Assembly: GCA_035543515.1 (NCBI GenBank)
Contig: DATKJS010000124.1
Location: forward strand, 8,968-72,967
Reading direction: 5' to 3'
DNA: 64,000 bases
DNA from: Terriglobales bacterium
GTDB taxonomy: Bacteria > Acidobacteriota > Aminicenantia > Aminicenantales > Saccharicenantaceae
This document shows, one piece after another, positions 9,875-18,044 of this stretch. Both the position numbers and the translations under genes were made by a program. The notes under the pieces were generated by a model. That model was not told the DNA's origin and did not search any database. It was given only the letters and a program-made list of their open reading frames with translations. Position 1 is the stretch's first letter; each line of letters starts with the position of its first letter.

Positions 9875-10007
9875 CGGATCGGTCCCGCGAGTCTGCGTCC
9901 CCGTCGGCCTTGCGACGGAGGAACCGGGACAGGTTCCCGGGGCCGGGGGATAAGGACGGCCTTGGCGCCACCTCACTTGATGACGCGCCGGGACAGAACC
10001 CCTCCGG
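9875..10007 (+). repeat. Mosaic MITE-like repeat, short copy A (internally deleted)
   Basis: It contains the 5' end motif GGATCGGTCCC...TGCGTCCCCGTC, the core hairpin GGAACCGGGACAGGTTCC, GGGGGATAAGG, and the 3' end motif GACGCGCCGGGACAGAACCCCTCCGG. All are shared with copies B and C. Confidence 0.65.
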
Positions 10008-10037
10008 CTTGAAACCGGGCCGAAGGCGGGTGATTCT

Positions 10038-10883
10038 CTACGGCCTGACGATGCGGCCGGCGACTTCCTTGATGACCTTGAACGCGGCCGCGGCGGTGAT
10101 GCCGGAGACGTCACGCGAGGGGTTGAGCTCGACGACGTCGAGGCCGACGATTCGGCCCTTCAGGGCCTGGATGACCTGCAGGGCCTGGCGCGTCGAGAGG
10201 CCGCCCGGCTCGTGGTGCGAGACGCCGGGGGCGAAGGCGGGGTCCAGGGCGTCGAGGTCGAAGGAGATGTAGACCGGGTTCCGGAACTTGAGGAAGAGCG
10301 GCTCGCCGATGTCCTTCATCTCGACCATCCGGGCGTCGTGCTTGAGGGCCCTGGCCCGGTGGGACGCGGTGATGGCCCGGACGCCGACCTGGACGAGGTT
10401 CTCGGCCAATCCGTCCTCGAGGACCCGGGCCATGGGGCAGGCGTGGGACAGCCGGTCGCCGTAGAGGTCGTCGTAGAGGTCGGGATGGGCGTCGAAATGG
10501 AGGATGTCGAGCGCCTTGAAATTCGCCGCGAAGGCCTTGAGGACCGGATAGGTGATAGAGTGGTCTCCGCCGAGGATGAGGGGGACGGCCCCCTTGGCCA
10601 GGACCCCGGCCACGGCCTTCTCGGTGAGGGCGAAGGACTTGTCCGGGTCGCCGGAGGTATCGACGTCGCCGAGGTCGACCATGACCGCGTCCTCCTCGAG
10701 GTTGACGCCGAGCTCGGTACAGGCGCAGTAGCACTTCCCGGTCGAGACGGCCCGGATCGCCGCCGGCCCGGCCGCGGCGCCGCGGAGGTAGCTCGACTTC
10801 TCGTCGAAGGGAACGCCCAGGACGGCCAGCTGGTAGTCCGGATGCTCCGCCAGGGGCTTGAGGGCTCCGCCGAAATCCGACAT
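10038..10883 (-). CDS. speB: Agmatinase / arginase-family ureohydrolase
   Basis: Start at 10883 (MSDFGGALKPLAEHPDY); the 399-aa track ORF is an upstream extension. Motifs GGDHSITYP, DAHPDLYDD and SFDLDALDPAFAPGVSHHEPGGL are the Mn-binding ureohydrolase signatures. Confidence 0.85.
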   Translation of the reverse strand: MSDFGGALKPLAEHPDYQLAVLGVPFDEKSSYLRGAAAGPAAIRAVSTGKCYCACTELGVNLEEDAVMVDLGDVDTSGDPDKSFALTEKAVAGVLAKGAVPLILGGDHSITYPVLKAFAANFKALDILHFDAHPDLYDDLYGDRLSHACPMARVLEDGLAENLVQVGVRAITASHRARALKHDARMVEMKDIGEPLFLKFRNPVYISFDLDALDPAFAPGVSHHEPGGLSTRQALQVIQALKGRIVGLDVVELNPSRDVSGITAAAAFKVIKEVAGRIVRP

Positions 10884-11072
10884 CAGGGACCTCCTCACCG
10901 ACTGCGCCTCCCGGTCCGACGCCGGGTCGCCGCGTCGATTATATCCGATCCCTTTGCCGGCGTCTAACGGACGCGCGGAGGCGAGGGAGGGGGTCGCGCG
11001 CCGCAGTCCGGCCGGGAGGGTTCCGGGCCGGTGCCGATCGATGAAGAAGCGAAAGGCGGGGGAAAAAAAGAC

Positions 11073-11099
11073 GGGAGAGAGATCCTCCCTCTCCCTTTT
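11073..11099. other. Orphan terminator-like hairpin flanked by an A-run and a T-run in a divergent intergenic region
   Basis: The stem GGGAGAG / CTCTCCC (7 bp) sits between AAAAAAA (11063-11069) and TTTT (11096-11099). It lies upstream of both the agmatinase and ABC-ATPase starts. Confidence 0.3.
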
Positions 11100-11315
11100 C
11101 ACAACCTTGGCGCCGCCCCTTGCGGGGCAATCGCTGTGCCAAAAGGCTGCGACCGGGCCCAGAATCCCATTGGCCCTCCGGAGGGTCAATCGCCTCCGGC
11201 GGTGGTTCCGGGAGTGAGATGGCGCGGTTTTTCTCATCGGGGACGGCTAGCCGCCCCCTTGGGCGGGCCGGGTTGACTTCGGACGGGCTTTCGCTAGAAT
11301 GATTCGAGGAAAGCC

Positions 11316-12233
11316 ATGGCCGACGCGATCCGCATCGACAGCCTGAAGAAGTCCTTCCGACTGGGCTTCATCCCCAAGACGCGCGAGATCCTCAAGGGCA
11401 TCTCCCTCTCCGTGAGGGAGGGCGAGATCTTCGGCTACCTCGGCCCGAACGGCGCCGGGAAGACGACGACGATCAAGTGCCTCCTCGGCCTGATCTTCCC
11501 CGACGCCGGGACGATCGAGGTCTTCGGCCAATCCCACCTCTCGGCGCGGGCCCGCCAGTCCCTGGGCTTCCTGCCCGAGAACCCCTACTTCTACGACTAC
11601 CTCACGGCCGCCGAGTTCCTGGCCTTCACCGCCGACCTCTTCGGCCTGGACCGGCCGGAGCGGGACGAGCGGATCGCCCGGCTCCTCAAGCTCGTCGGGC
11701 TCGAGCGGGCCGCCTCGCTCCGCCTGCGGAAGTTCTCGCGGGGCATGCTCCAGCGGGTCGGGCTGGCCCAGGCCCTCATCAACGACCCGAAGCTCGTCAT
11801 CCTGGACGAGCCCCTCGGCGGCATGGACCCGCTCGGCCGCAAGGAGATCCGCGACATCATCCTCCGCTTCAAGGACGAGGGCAAGACCGTCTTCTTCACC
11901 TCCCACATCCTCCAGGACATCGAGATGATCTGCGACCACGTCGCCATCGTCGTCGGCGGCCGCGTCGTGAAGCAGGGGCCGCTCCAGGACCTCGTCTCGG
12001 AGCGCGTCCTCTTCACCGAGGTCACGGTCTTGGGGGTCGCGCCCGAGGCCTTCCGCGGCCTGGGCGAGGGCGTCTCGGCCCGCGGCGACCGGGTCTTCCT
12101 CAGGATCCTCGAGGAGACGCGCGTCGAGGAGGTTCTGGCCCTCGTCCGCGAGCGCCGCGGCCGGGTCGTCTCCCTCAGCCCGCGGACCGAAACGCTCGAG
12201 GACATCTTCGTCGAAACGGTGACCGGGAAATGA
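11316..12233 (+). CDS. ABC-2-type exporter ATP-binding protein
   Basis: Walker A GPNGAGKTTT, an ABC signature and Walker B ILDEP are present in 305 aa. The GAGGAAAG Shine-Dalgarno precedes the ATG. Confidence 0.9.
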   Translation: MADAIRIDSLKKSFRLGFIPKTREILKGISLSVREGEIFGYLGPNGAGKTTTIKCLLGLIFPDAGTIEVFGQSHLSARARQSLGFLPENPYFYDYLTAAEFLAFTADLFGLDRPERDERIARLLKLVGLERAASLRLRKFSRGMLQRVGLAQALINDPKLVILDEPLGGMDPLGRKEIRDIILRFKDEGKTVFFTSHILQDIEMICDHVAIVVGGRVVKQGPLQDLVSERVLFTEVTVLGVAPEAFRGLGEGVSARGDRVFLRILEETRVEEVLALVRERRGRVVSLSPRTETLEDIFVETVTGK

Positions 12234-12239
12234 AGAGGG

Positions 12240-12997
12240 TCTGGGCCATCGCCGGGATCACCTTCAAGGAGGCGAAGCGGGACCGCATCCTCTACCTCCT
12301 CTTCTTCTTCGCCGCCCTGGCCATCATCGCCTCCCGGGTCCTGGCCATCCTGACCGTCGGCGACCGGGTCAAGATCATCAAGGACGTCGGGCTGGCCTCG
12401 ATCCAGGTCTTCGGCGTCCTCATGGCCGTCCTCATCGGCACGAGCCTGGTCTACAAGGAGATCGACAAGAAGACGATCTTCACCCTGCTCTCGAAGCCGC
12501 TCCGCCGGGCCGAGTTCATCCTGGGCAAGTTCCTCGGCCTCGCCCTGACCCTCCTCGTCATGACGGCGGGGATGAGCCTGATCTTCCTGGCCGTCGTCTA
12601 TCTCCACACCTTTCGCATCGAGTGGACGATGCTCATCGCCATCGCCTACATCGTCCTCGAGGTTCTCCTCATTACCGCCGTGGCCATCCTCTTCTCCTCG
12701 TTCTCGACGCCGATCCTGAGCTCGATCTTCTCGCTCGCCTTCTATCTCATCGGCCACCTCTCCTGGGGCCTCGAGGTCCTCATCAAGAAGATGAAGGCCG
12801 GGGCGGGGCGGGCCGCGGCCCAGGCCCTTTACACCTTCCTCCCCGACCTCGAGAACTTCAACTTCAAGACGGAGGTCGTCCACGGCCTGCCCATCCCGGC
12901 CGGGATCTATCTGTCGTCCTTTCTCTACGGCGTCTTCTACACCGCCTTCATCCTCGGCCTCGCCATCCTCATCTTCCGGCGGCGGGATTTCATCTGA
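12240..12997 (+). CDS. ABC-2 family transporter permease
   Basis: Its ATG overlaps the ATPase stop (ATGA). The 252-aa protein has six predicted transmembrane segments (MKRVWAIAGITFKEAKRDRILYLLFFFAALAII...). Confidence 0.8.
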
Positions 12998-13020
12998 CGC
13001 GGGGAGGCCGGACGACCCAC

Positions 13021-13950
13021 ATGGAGAGAAGACCCGCGGCGGCCAGGGGATCGGCGACGTTCCTCCTGGTCCTCATCCTTCTCGGGACGTGCGCGTCGTT
13101 CATGGCCCTCAAGACGCGGACCGACACCATCGTGCGGAAGAAGGTCCCGGGGTCGTCCATCATCTACATCCCTTCGGGCAAGTTCCTTCGCTACGCCACG
13201 TTCGGCTATTCCTCGCTCGCCGCCGACCTCATCTACCTCTGGGCTATCCAGTATTACAGCACGCCGACGATCGACGACCGCTTCGACCACCTCGACCACG
13301 TCTTCTCCATCATCAACGAACTGGACCCGCGCTACCAGGATCCCTACGAGGTCGGGGCCATGATCGCGGTCGACGGGGCCCGGGAAGTCGTTTCGGCCGT
13401 CCCCGATCTCAGCCGCGGACGAGGCCGAGCCGAATACGCCCGGTCGCTCTTCCAGGCGGCCTTCGCCATTCTCGACCGCGGGGCGGCCAATAACCCCGAC
13501 CAGTGGATCTATCTTTTCGACGCCGGCCACATCGCCATGATGAGCCTCAAAGACTTCGACCTGGCCGAAAAGTACTTCGGACAGTGCATGAAGATCCCCG
13601 GAGCGCCCGACTTCACCCGGCGTCTCTATGCCAACGCCCTCTACAAGCGCGGCGACCTCGAGACGTCCTGGCGGACCTGGCTCGACATCTACAACACCGC
13701 CCCGGACGAGCGGACAAAGAGAATCGCCTCGAACCACCTCTACCAGGTCAAGAGCGCGATCGACACCGGCCGTCTCAAGGAAGCCGTGGGGAAATTCCGG
13801 GAGCGCTACCACCGCCTGCCCGGCGAGCTGGCCGACCTCGTCCGGGCCGGCCTCGTCGACAAGCTCCCCAAGGACCTGGACGGCGGGGACTACGTTTACG
13901 ACCCCGAGACCGGCGACGTCAAGGCGGCGACGAGCCCATGGAAGCGATGA
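13021..13950 (+). CDS. Hypothetical membrane-anchored protein with TPR-like helical repeats
   Basis: An N-terminal transmembrane/signal anchor FLLVLILLGTCASFMAL is followed by a helical region (YANALYKRGDLETSWRTWLDIYN). It sits in the same operon as the ABC-2 genes and PilD. Confidence 0.55.
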   Translation: MERRPAAARGSATFLLVLILLGTCASFMALKTRTDTIVRKKVPGSSIIYIPSGKFLRYATFGYSSLAADLIYLWAIQYYSTPTIDDRFDHLDHVFSIINELDPRYQDPYEVGAMIAVDGAREVVSAVPDLSRGRGRAEYARSLFQAAFAILDRGAANNPDQWIYLFDAGHIAMMSLKDFDLAEKYFGQCMKIPGAPDFTRRLYANALYKRGDLETSWRTWLDIYNTAPDERTKRIASNHLYQVKSAIDTGRLKEAVGKFRERYHRLPGELADLVRAGLVDKLPKDLDGGDYVYDPETGDVKAATSPWKR

Positions 13951-14717
13951 CCCTCATCCTCATCGCCATCTTCGGCCTCGTCTGGGGGAGCTTCCTCAAC
14001 GTCGTCATCTACCGCGTCCCCCGGGGCATGAGCCTTCTGCGGCCGCCCTCGACCTGCCCGGGATGCGGGGCGCGGATCAAGCCCTATGATAACGTTCCGG
14101 TCCTGTCCTACCTCATCCTTCGCGGCAAGTGCCGGCGCTGCGGCCGGCGCATTTCCCCCGTCTATCCGGCCGTCGAGGCTCTCACCGTCCTGGCCTTCAT
14201 CCTCGTCTACATCAACTCGGGGCGCCGGCTCGGCCTGCCCTTTTTCGCCGGCTGTCTTTTCGCCAGCGCCCTCATCGCCCTCGGCTTCATCGATTACTTT
14301 CACCAGGTCCTGCCCGACGAGATCACCATGCCCTGCCTCGTCCTGGCGCTCGCCTACTCGTTCTTCCGCGACGACCTGAGCTTCCGCGGCGCCCTCGTCG
14401 GGGCCGTGGCCGGGGCGGGCTTCCTGCTCCTCGTCTACGGCGCCTACCGGCTTATCCGGAAAAAGGAGGGGCTGGGGATGGGGGACGTGACGATGCTCCT
14501 GATGATCGGGGCCTATCTCGGCCTCGGCCGGACGCTCCTGACCCTGATCCTGGGCTCGTTCGTCGGCTCCCTCTTCGGCGTGTATTTCGTCGTCCGCCGG
14601 AAGAAGGACCTCCAGTTCGCCCTGCCCTTCGGGACGTTCCTCGCGCCCGCGGCCTTCGTCGCCGCGCTGTGGGGCGACCGGATCGTCAGCGCCTACCTCG
14701 GCCTTTTTCGCCGCTAG
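13938..14717 (+). CDS. pilD: Prepilin peptidase (A24 family, PilD)
   Basis: The N-terminal Cys-box CPGCGARI...CRRCGRRI is present, with polytopic transmembrane segments and catalytic Asp regions (FIDYFHQVLPDE). Confidence 0.85.
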   Translation: MEAMTLILIAIFGLVWGSFLNVVIYRVPRGMSLLRPPSTCPGCGARIKPYDNVPVLSYLILRGKCRRCGRRISPVYPAVEALTVLAFILVYINSGRRLGLPFFAGCLFASALIALGFIDYFHQVLPDEITMPCLVLALAYSFFRDDLSFRGALVGAVAGAGFLLLVYGAYRLIRKKEGLGMGDVTMLLMIGAYLGLGRTLLTLILGSFVGSLFGVYFVVRRKKDLQFALPFGTFLAPAAFVAALWGDRIVSAYLGLFRR

Positions 14718-16125
14718 CCCGGCCCCCTCGGCCTTTTCTCTCTATGAGAAAGAGCCGGTCCGTGGCCGCACCCACCTTGAACTTCTCGGCCACGGGACAG
14801 CCGGGGACCCAGACGATCTCGCCGGCCGAAAGGAAGACGGGCCGCCGGTCGCGCTCGCCGAGCGGGATGCCCCTGGCCCTCAGGACCTCCTTGAGCTTCT
14901 TCCGGCCCGGCGCGCCAAGCGGCCGGTAGAGGTCGCCAGGCCGGCGGTTGCGGACGACGAGCGGGAAGCGGAGCTTCGCCCGGTCGAGGAGGGCGCGGCG
15001 GGCGTCGTCGCCGGCGAGGGGCATCCCATCCGTCCGCGCCAGCATCCGGCCGCGGAAGGCCATGCCGGCCGCCCGAACCTCTCCCCTGCCGTCCCAGCGG
15101 ACCTCGAAGGCACGCGCCGCCGCCGGCGTCCGCCGGACGCGGAGAAGCCGGCCGCCCTCCCGGCGCAGGACGAGGCCCTTCTTGAAGGTCCGCTGCCGGC
15201 CCTCCTTGAGGTCGAGGAGCGAGGCGATGTCGGCCGAGGTCACGGACCGCAGGTCGCCCTTGACTTCGCGGACGAACTCGCGCGCCACGCGCCGGGCCAG
15301 GGCGGGCGGGACGAGGGCGAGGGTCCGGACGTCGAGGGCCGTCTCCCCCCGGGCCCGGGCGATGAACTCGTCAGCGAACTCGCGGACGAAGGCGGCCAGG
15401 AGGTCGTCCTCTTCGCGGGCGAGGGAGGCCAGCGCGGCCAGGTGCTCGACCAAGCGCGGCGCGTATCCACGCTCGAGCTCAGGCAGGAGGTCGAGCCGAA
15501 CGCGGTTCCTCAGGAATTTGCGGTCGAGGTTCGAGGCGTCCGTCCGGAACGGGAGCCCCCGCGCCCTGAGGTAGGCCTCGACGGCCGCGCGGCGGGCGCC
15601 AAGGAGCGGCCTGATGACGGGGCAGTCGGCCGGACCGGACAGCGGCCCGATCGCGGCCAGGCCGGTCAGCCCGGTGCCGCGGAAGAGCCGCATCAGGAAC
15701 GTCTCGGCCTGGTCGTCCATGGTGTGGCCCGTGGCGATCTTCGTCGCCCCGGCCCGGCGCGCCGCGTCACGCAGGAAGGCGTAGCGGAGCTCGCGGGCGG
15801 CCTCCTCGAGGTTGAGCTTGCGGCGCCGCGCTTCGCTCCGGACATCCCCCGAGCCGCCTCTGAAGGGCAGGACCCAGCGCCGGGCGAGCCCCTCGACAAA
15901 GGCCGCGTCGGCGGCCGACTCCGGCCGGAGCCGGTGGTCGAAATGAGCCACGACGACCTCGAGCGGCATCTCCTCGCGGAGGCCGAGGAGGAGTTCGACG
16001 AGGGCGACGGAATCGGGGCCGCCGGAGCAGGCGGCAAGGACGCGGTCGCCGGGGGCGACGAGGCCGTGGCGACCGACGGCCGCCCGGAACTCGCGCTCGA
16101 TCGGGCTCCGGGTCGTCTTGGGCAT
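14686..16125 (-). CDS. tilS: tRNA(Ile)-lysidine synthetase
   Basis: Start at 16125 (MPKTTRSP). The PP-loop SGGPDSVAL and the TilS central and C-terminal domains are present. Confidence 0.85.
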   Translation of the reverse strand: MPKTTRSPIEREFRAAVGRHGLVAPGDRVLAACSGGPDSVALVELLLGLREEMPLEVVVAHFDHRLRPESAADAAFVEGLARRWVLPFRGGSGDVRSEARRRKLNLEEAARELRYAFLRDAARRAGATKIATGHTMDDQAETFLMRLFRGTGLTGLAAIGPLSGPADCPVIRPLLGARRAAVEAYLRARGLPFRTDASNLDRKFLRNRVRLDLLPELERGYAPRLVEHLAALASLAREEDDLLAAFVREFADEFIARARGETALDVRTLALVPPALARRVAREFVREVKGDLRSVTSADIASLLDLKEGRQRTFKKGLVLRREGGRLLRVRRTPAAARAFEVRWDGRGEVRAAGMAFRGRMLARTDGMPLAGDDARRALLDRAKLRFPLVVRNRRPGDLYRPLGAPGRKKLKEVLRARGIPLGERDRRPVFLSAGEIVWVPGCPVAEKFKVGAATDRLFLIERKGRGGRASGEKGRGRR

Positions 16126-16137
16126 GGAACGTTGAAA

Positions 16138-16211
16138 TGCCGGCGGAGGGATTTGAACCCCCGACACTGCGGATATGAGCCGCATGCTCTGACCAACTGA
16201 GCTACGCCGGC
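16138..16211 (-). tRNA. tRNA with anticodon CAU (Met or Ile2/lysidine-type); the 3' CCA is not encoded
   Basis: The reverse complement is GCCGGCGTAGCTCAGTTGGTCAGAGCATGCGGCTCATATCCGCAGTGTCGGGGGTTCAAATCCCTCCGCCGGCA. It has a 7-bp acceptor stem, a D-arm GCTC/GAGC, anticodon stem TGCGG/CCGCA with loop CTCATAT, and a T-arm with GGTTCAAAT. Confidence 0.85.
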
Positions 16212-16275
16212 AGGGTGAGGAAGATTCTAGCGGAATCGCCGGGCCAAGTCAACGAACGGCGGGACGGGCGCGGCC

Positions 16276-17898
16276 TCACTGGAAGAGGGCGCCGGTGTTC
16301 TCTTTTTTGAAGCTGTAGCGGTTGTCCTTGAAGAGCTTCATGCAGGCGTCGACGACGCGCATGTCGTAGCGGACCCCGCGGCCCCGGCGGATCTCCTCGA
16401 GGGCCTTCTCCATGCCCAGGGCGGGCCGGTAGGGGCGGTGCGAGGAGAGGGCCTCGACGACGTCGGCCACGGCCAGGATGCGCGCCTCCATGAGGATGGC
16501 GTCGCCGAGCAGCCCGTCGGGATAGCCCGAGCCGTCCATGCGCTCGTGGTGCTGGAGGATGATGTGGGCCACGGGCCAGGGGAACTGGATGTTCTTCAGG
16601 ATGTCGTAGCCGATCCGCGGATGGTCCTTCATCAGCTGGAACTCGGTCTTCGTCAGCCGGGTCGGCTTGGTCAGGATCTCGGCGGGCATGGCGATCTTGC
16701 CGATGTCGTGGATGACCCCGGCCAGCCGCAGCCCCTCGATCTTGTCCTGGGGGAGGTGAAGCTCCTCGGCGATGGCCACGGCCAGGCTCGAGACCCGGCG
16801 CTGGTGGCCGGCGGTGTAGAGGTCCCGCATCTCGATTGTCAGCGACATGGCCCGGACCGTGCCCTCGAGGGCCTTCTCCAGCCTCTCGAGAGTCGTCTGG
16901 AGCTGGTCCTCGGCCCGGCGTGTCTCCATGACCCGGCCGCTGAGCTCCTCGTTGACCTTGGACAGCTCCTCGGTCCGCTTGACGACCTTGTGCTCGAGCT
17001 CGTCCCGGACCAGCCGAAGCTCCTTCTCGACCCGCCGCCGCTCGGCGACCTCCTTCTCGAGCTCCATGGACCGGGCGCGGTTGATCTCCTCCAGGGAGCG
17101 GTTGATCCCCTCCATCTCGCGATAGGACTTCTCGAGGCCGTCGACCATGGCGTTGAAGGTCCGGGCGAGGGTGCCGGCCTCATCGCGGGAGAAGGCCTTG
17201 GCCCGCTGGCTGAGGTCGCCCTTGGCGATCTTCTCCGCCGTCCGCGTCACCTGGACGAGGGGGCGCGTGACGAGCCCGCCGATGAGGAAGACGAGGACCA
17301 TGCTGATGCAGACCGCGGACAGGCAGGCCGTCATGACGACGGCCTTCTCCCTGGCCGTTTCGGCCAGCAGGTCCTTGAAGGAGAAGCCGAGATAAAGGGA
17401 CCCCAGCGTCCGGTCGTCGGCCGTGACCGGGACCTTCGTCCGGTAGACGTTGCGATGCATGATGGGCGGTGCAAGGGCGTCGGTGTCGCGATAGAGGTCC
17501 TGTTCGGCGACATCCCGGTTCGCGGAGGACAGGATGAGCCCGCTGTCATCCTCGAGGACGGCGTAAACGACCCGGTCCATCAGGGAGCAGGTGTCCGTGA
17601 GGACCCGGTCCAGGGCCGGCTTGTCATTCGCCTTGAGCTCGGCGACGATGCCCAGCGAGGTCGTCGTCGAGACGGCGGAGACCGTGCTCGCGATCTCCAT
17701 CGACAGGCGTCGCTCGAAGCGGTTCCGGGTGTAGGTGATGAGGAAGAACGCGGCGGTCAGCGCGAGCAGGGTCGAGACGAGGAAGATCTTGGTCCGGACC
17801 TTCTTGGGACCGATCCTCGACATGAGGCCGGACCGGTCGGGGCCGGCCGAGGCCGGGGCGGGGCTCGCGGCCTTGACGTCCAGAATATTGCGGCTCAT
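16276..17898 (-). CDS. HD-GYP domain cyclic-di-GMP phosphodiesterase with N-terminal transmembrane, HAMP and coiled-coil regions
   Basis: Motifs AGHQRRVSSLAVAIA, HDIGKIAMP and HHERMDGSGYP mark the HD-GYP domain. A HAMP-like segment and a long coiled coil precede it. An alternative start is MSRIGPKK. Confidence 0.85.
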   Translation of the reverse strand: MSRNILDVKAASPAPASAGPDRSGLMSRIGPKKVRTKIFLVSTLLALTAAFFLITYTRNRFERRLSMEIASTVSAVSTTTSLGIVAELKANDKPALDRVLTDTCSLMDRVVYAVLEDDSGLILSSANRDVAEQDLYRDTDALAPPIMHRNVYRTKVPVTADDRTLGSLYLGFSFKDLLAETAREKAVVMTACLSAVCISMVLVFLIGGLVTRPLVQVTRTAEKIAKGDLSQRAKAFSRDEAGTLARTFNAMVDGLEKSYREMEGINRSLEEINRARSMELEKEVAERRRVEKELRLVRDELEHKVVKRTEELSKVNEELSGRVMETRRAEDQLQTTLERLEKALEGTVRAMSLTIEMRDLYTAGHQRRVSSLAVAIAEELHLPQDKIEGLRLAGVIHDIGKIAMPAEILTKPTRLTKTEFQLMKDHPRIGYDILKNIQFPWPVAHIILQHHERMDGSGYPDGLLGDAILMEARILAVADVVEALSSHRPYRPALGMEKALEEIRRGRGVRYDMRVVDACMKLFKDNRYSFKKENTGALFQ

Positions 17899-18044
17899 CT
17901 CGTTCAACGGGTCTCGCAGGATTCCTTCACAGATTAGCGGAGGCGGCGGGCCGGGCAATGCCCTTTGGGGGTGATTTCGCGGGGTGAGAAATCACCCTGA
18001 AAGAGGGGGAGGGCGGCCGGGCTCACCTTGCGGCCGGGGAGGGC

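Noticed and set aside
17959-18044. 10-bp hairpin GGGTGATTTC/GAAATCACCC between lutBA and the HD-GYP gene as a terminator
   Set aside because: No U-run follows on either strand. It may be an attenuator or processing site, but the evidence is insufficient for a feature call.
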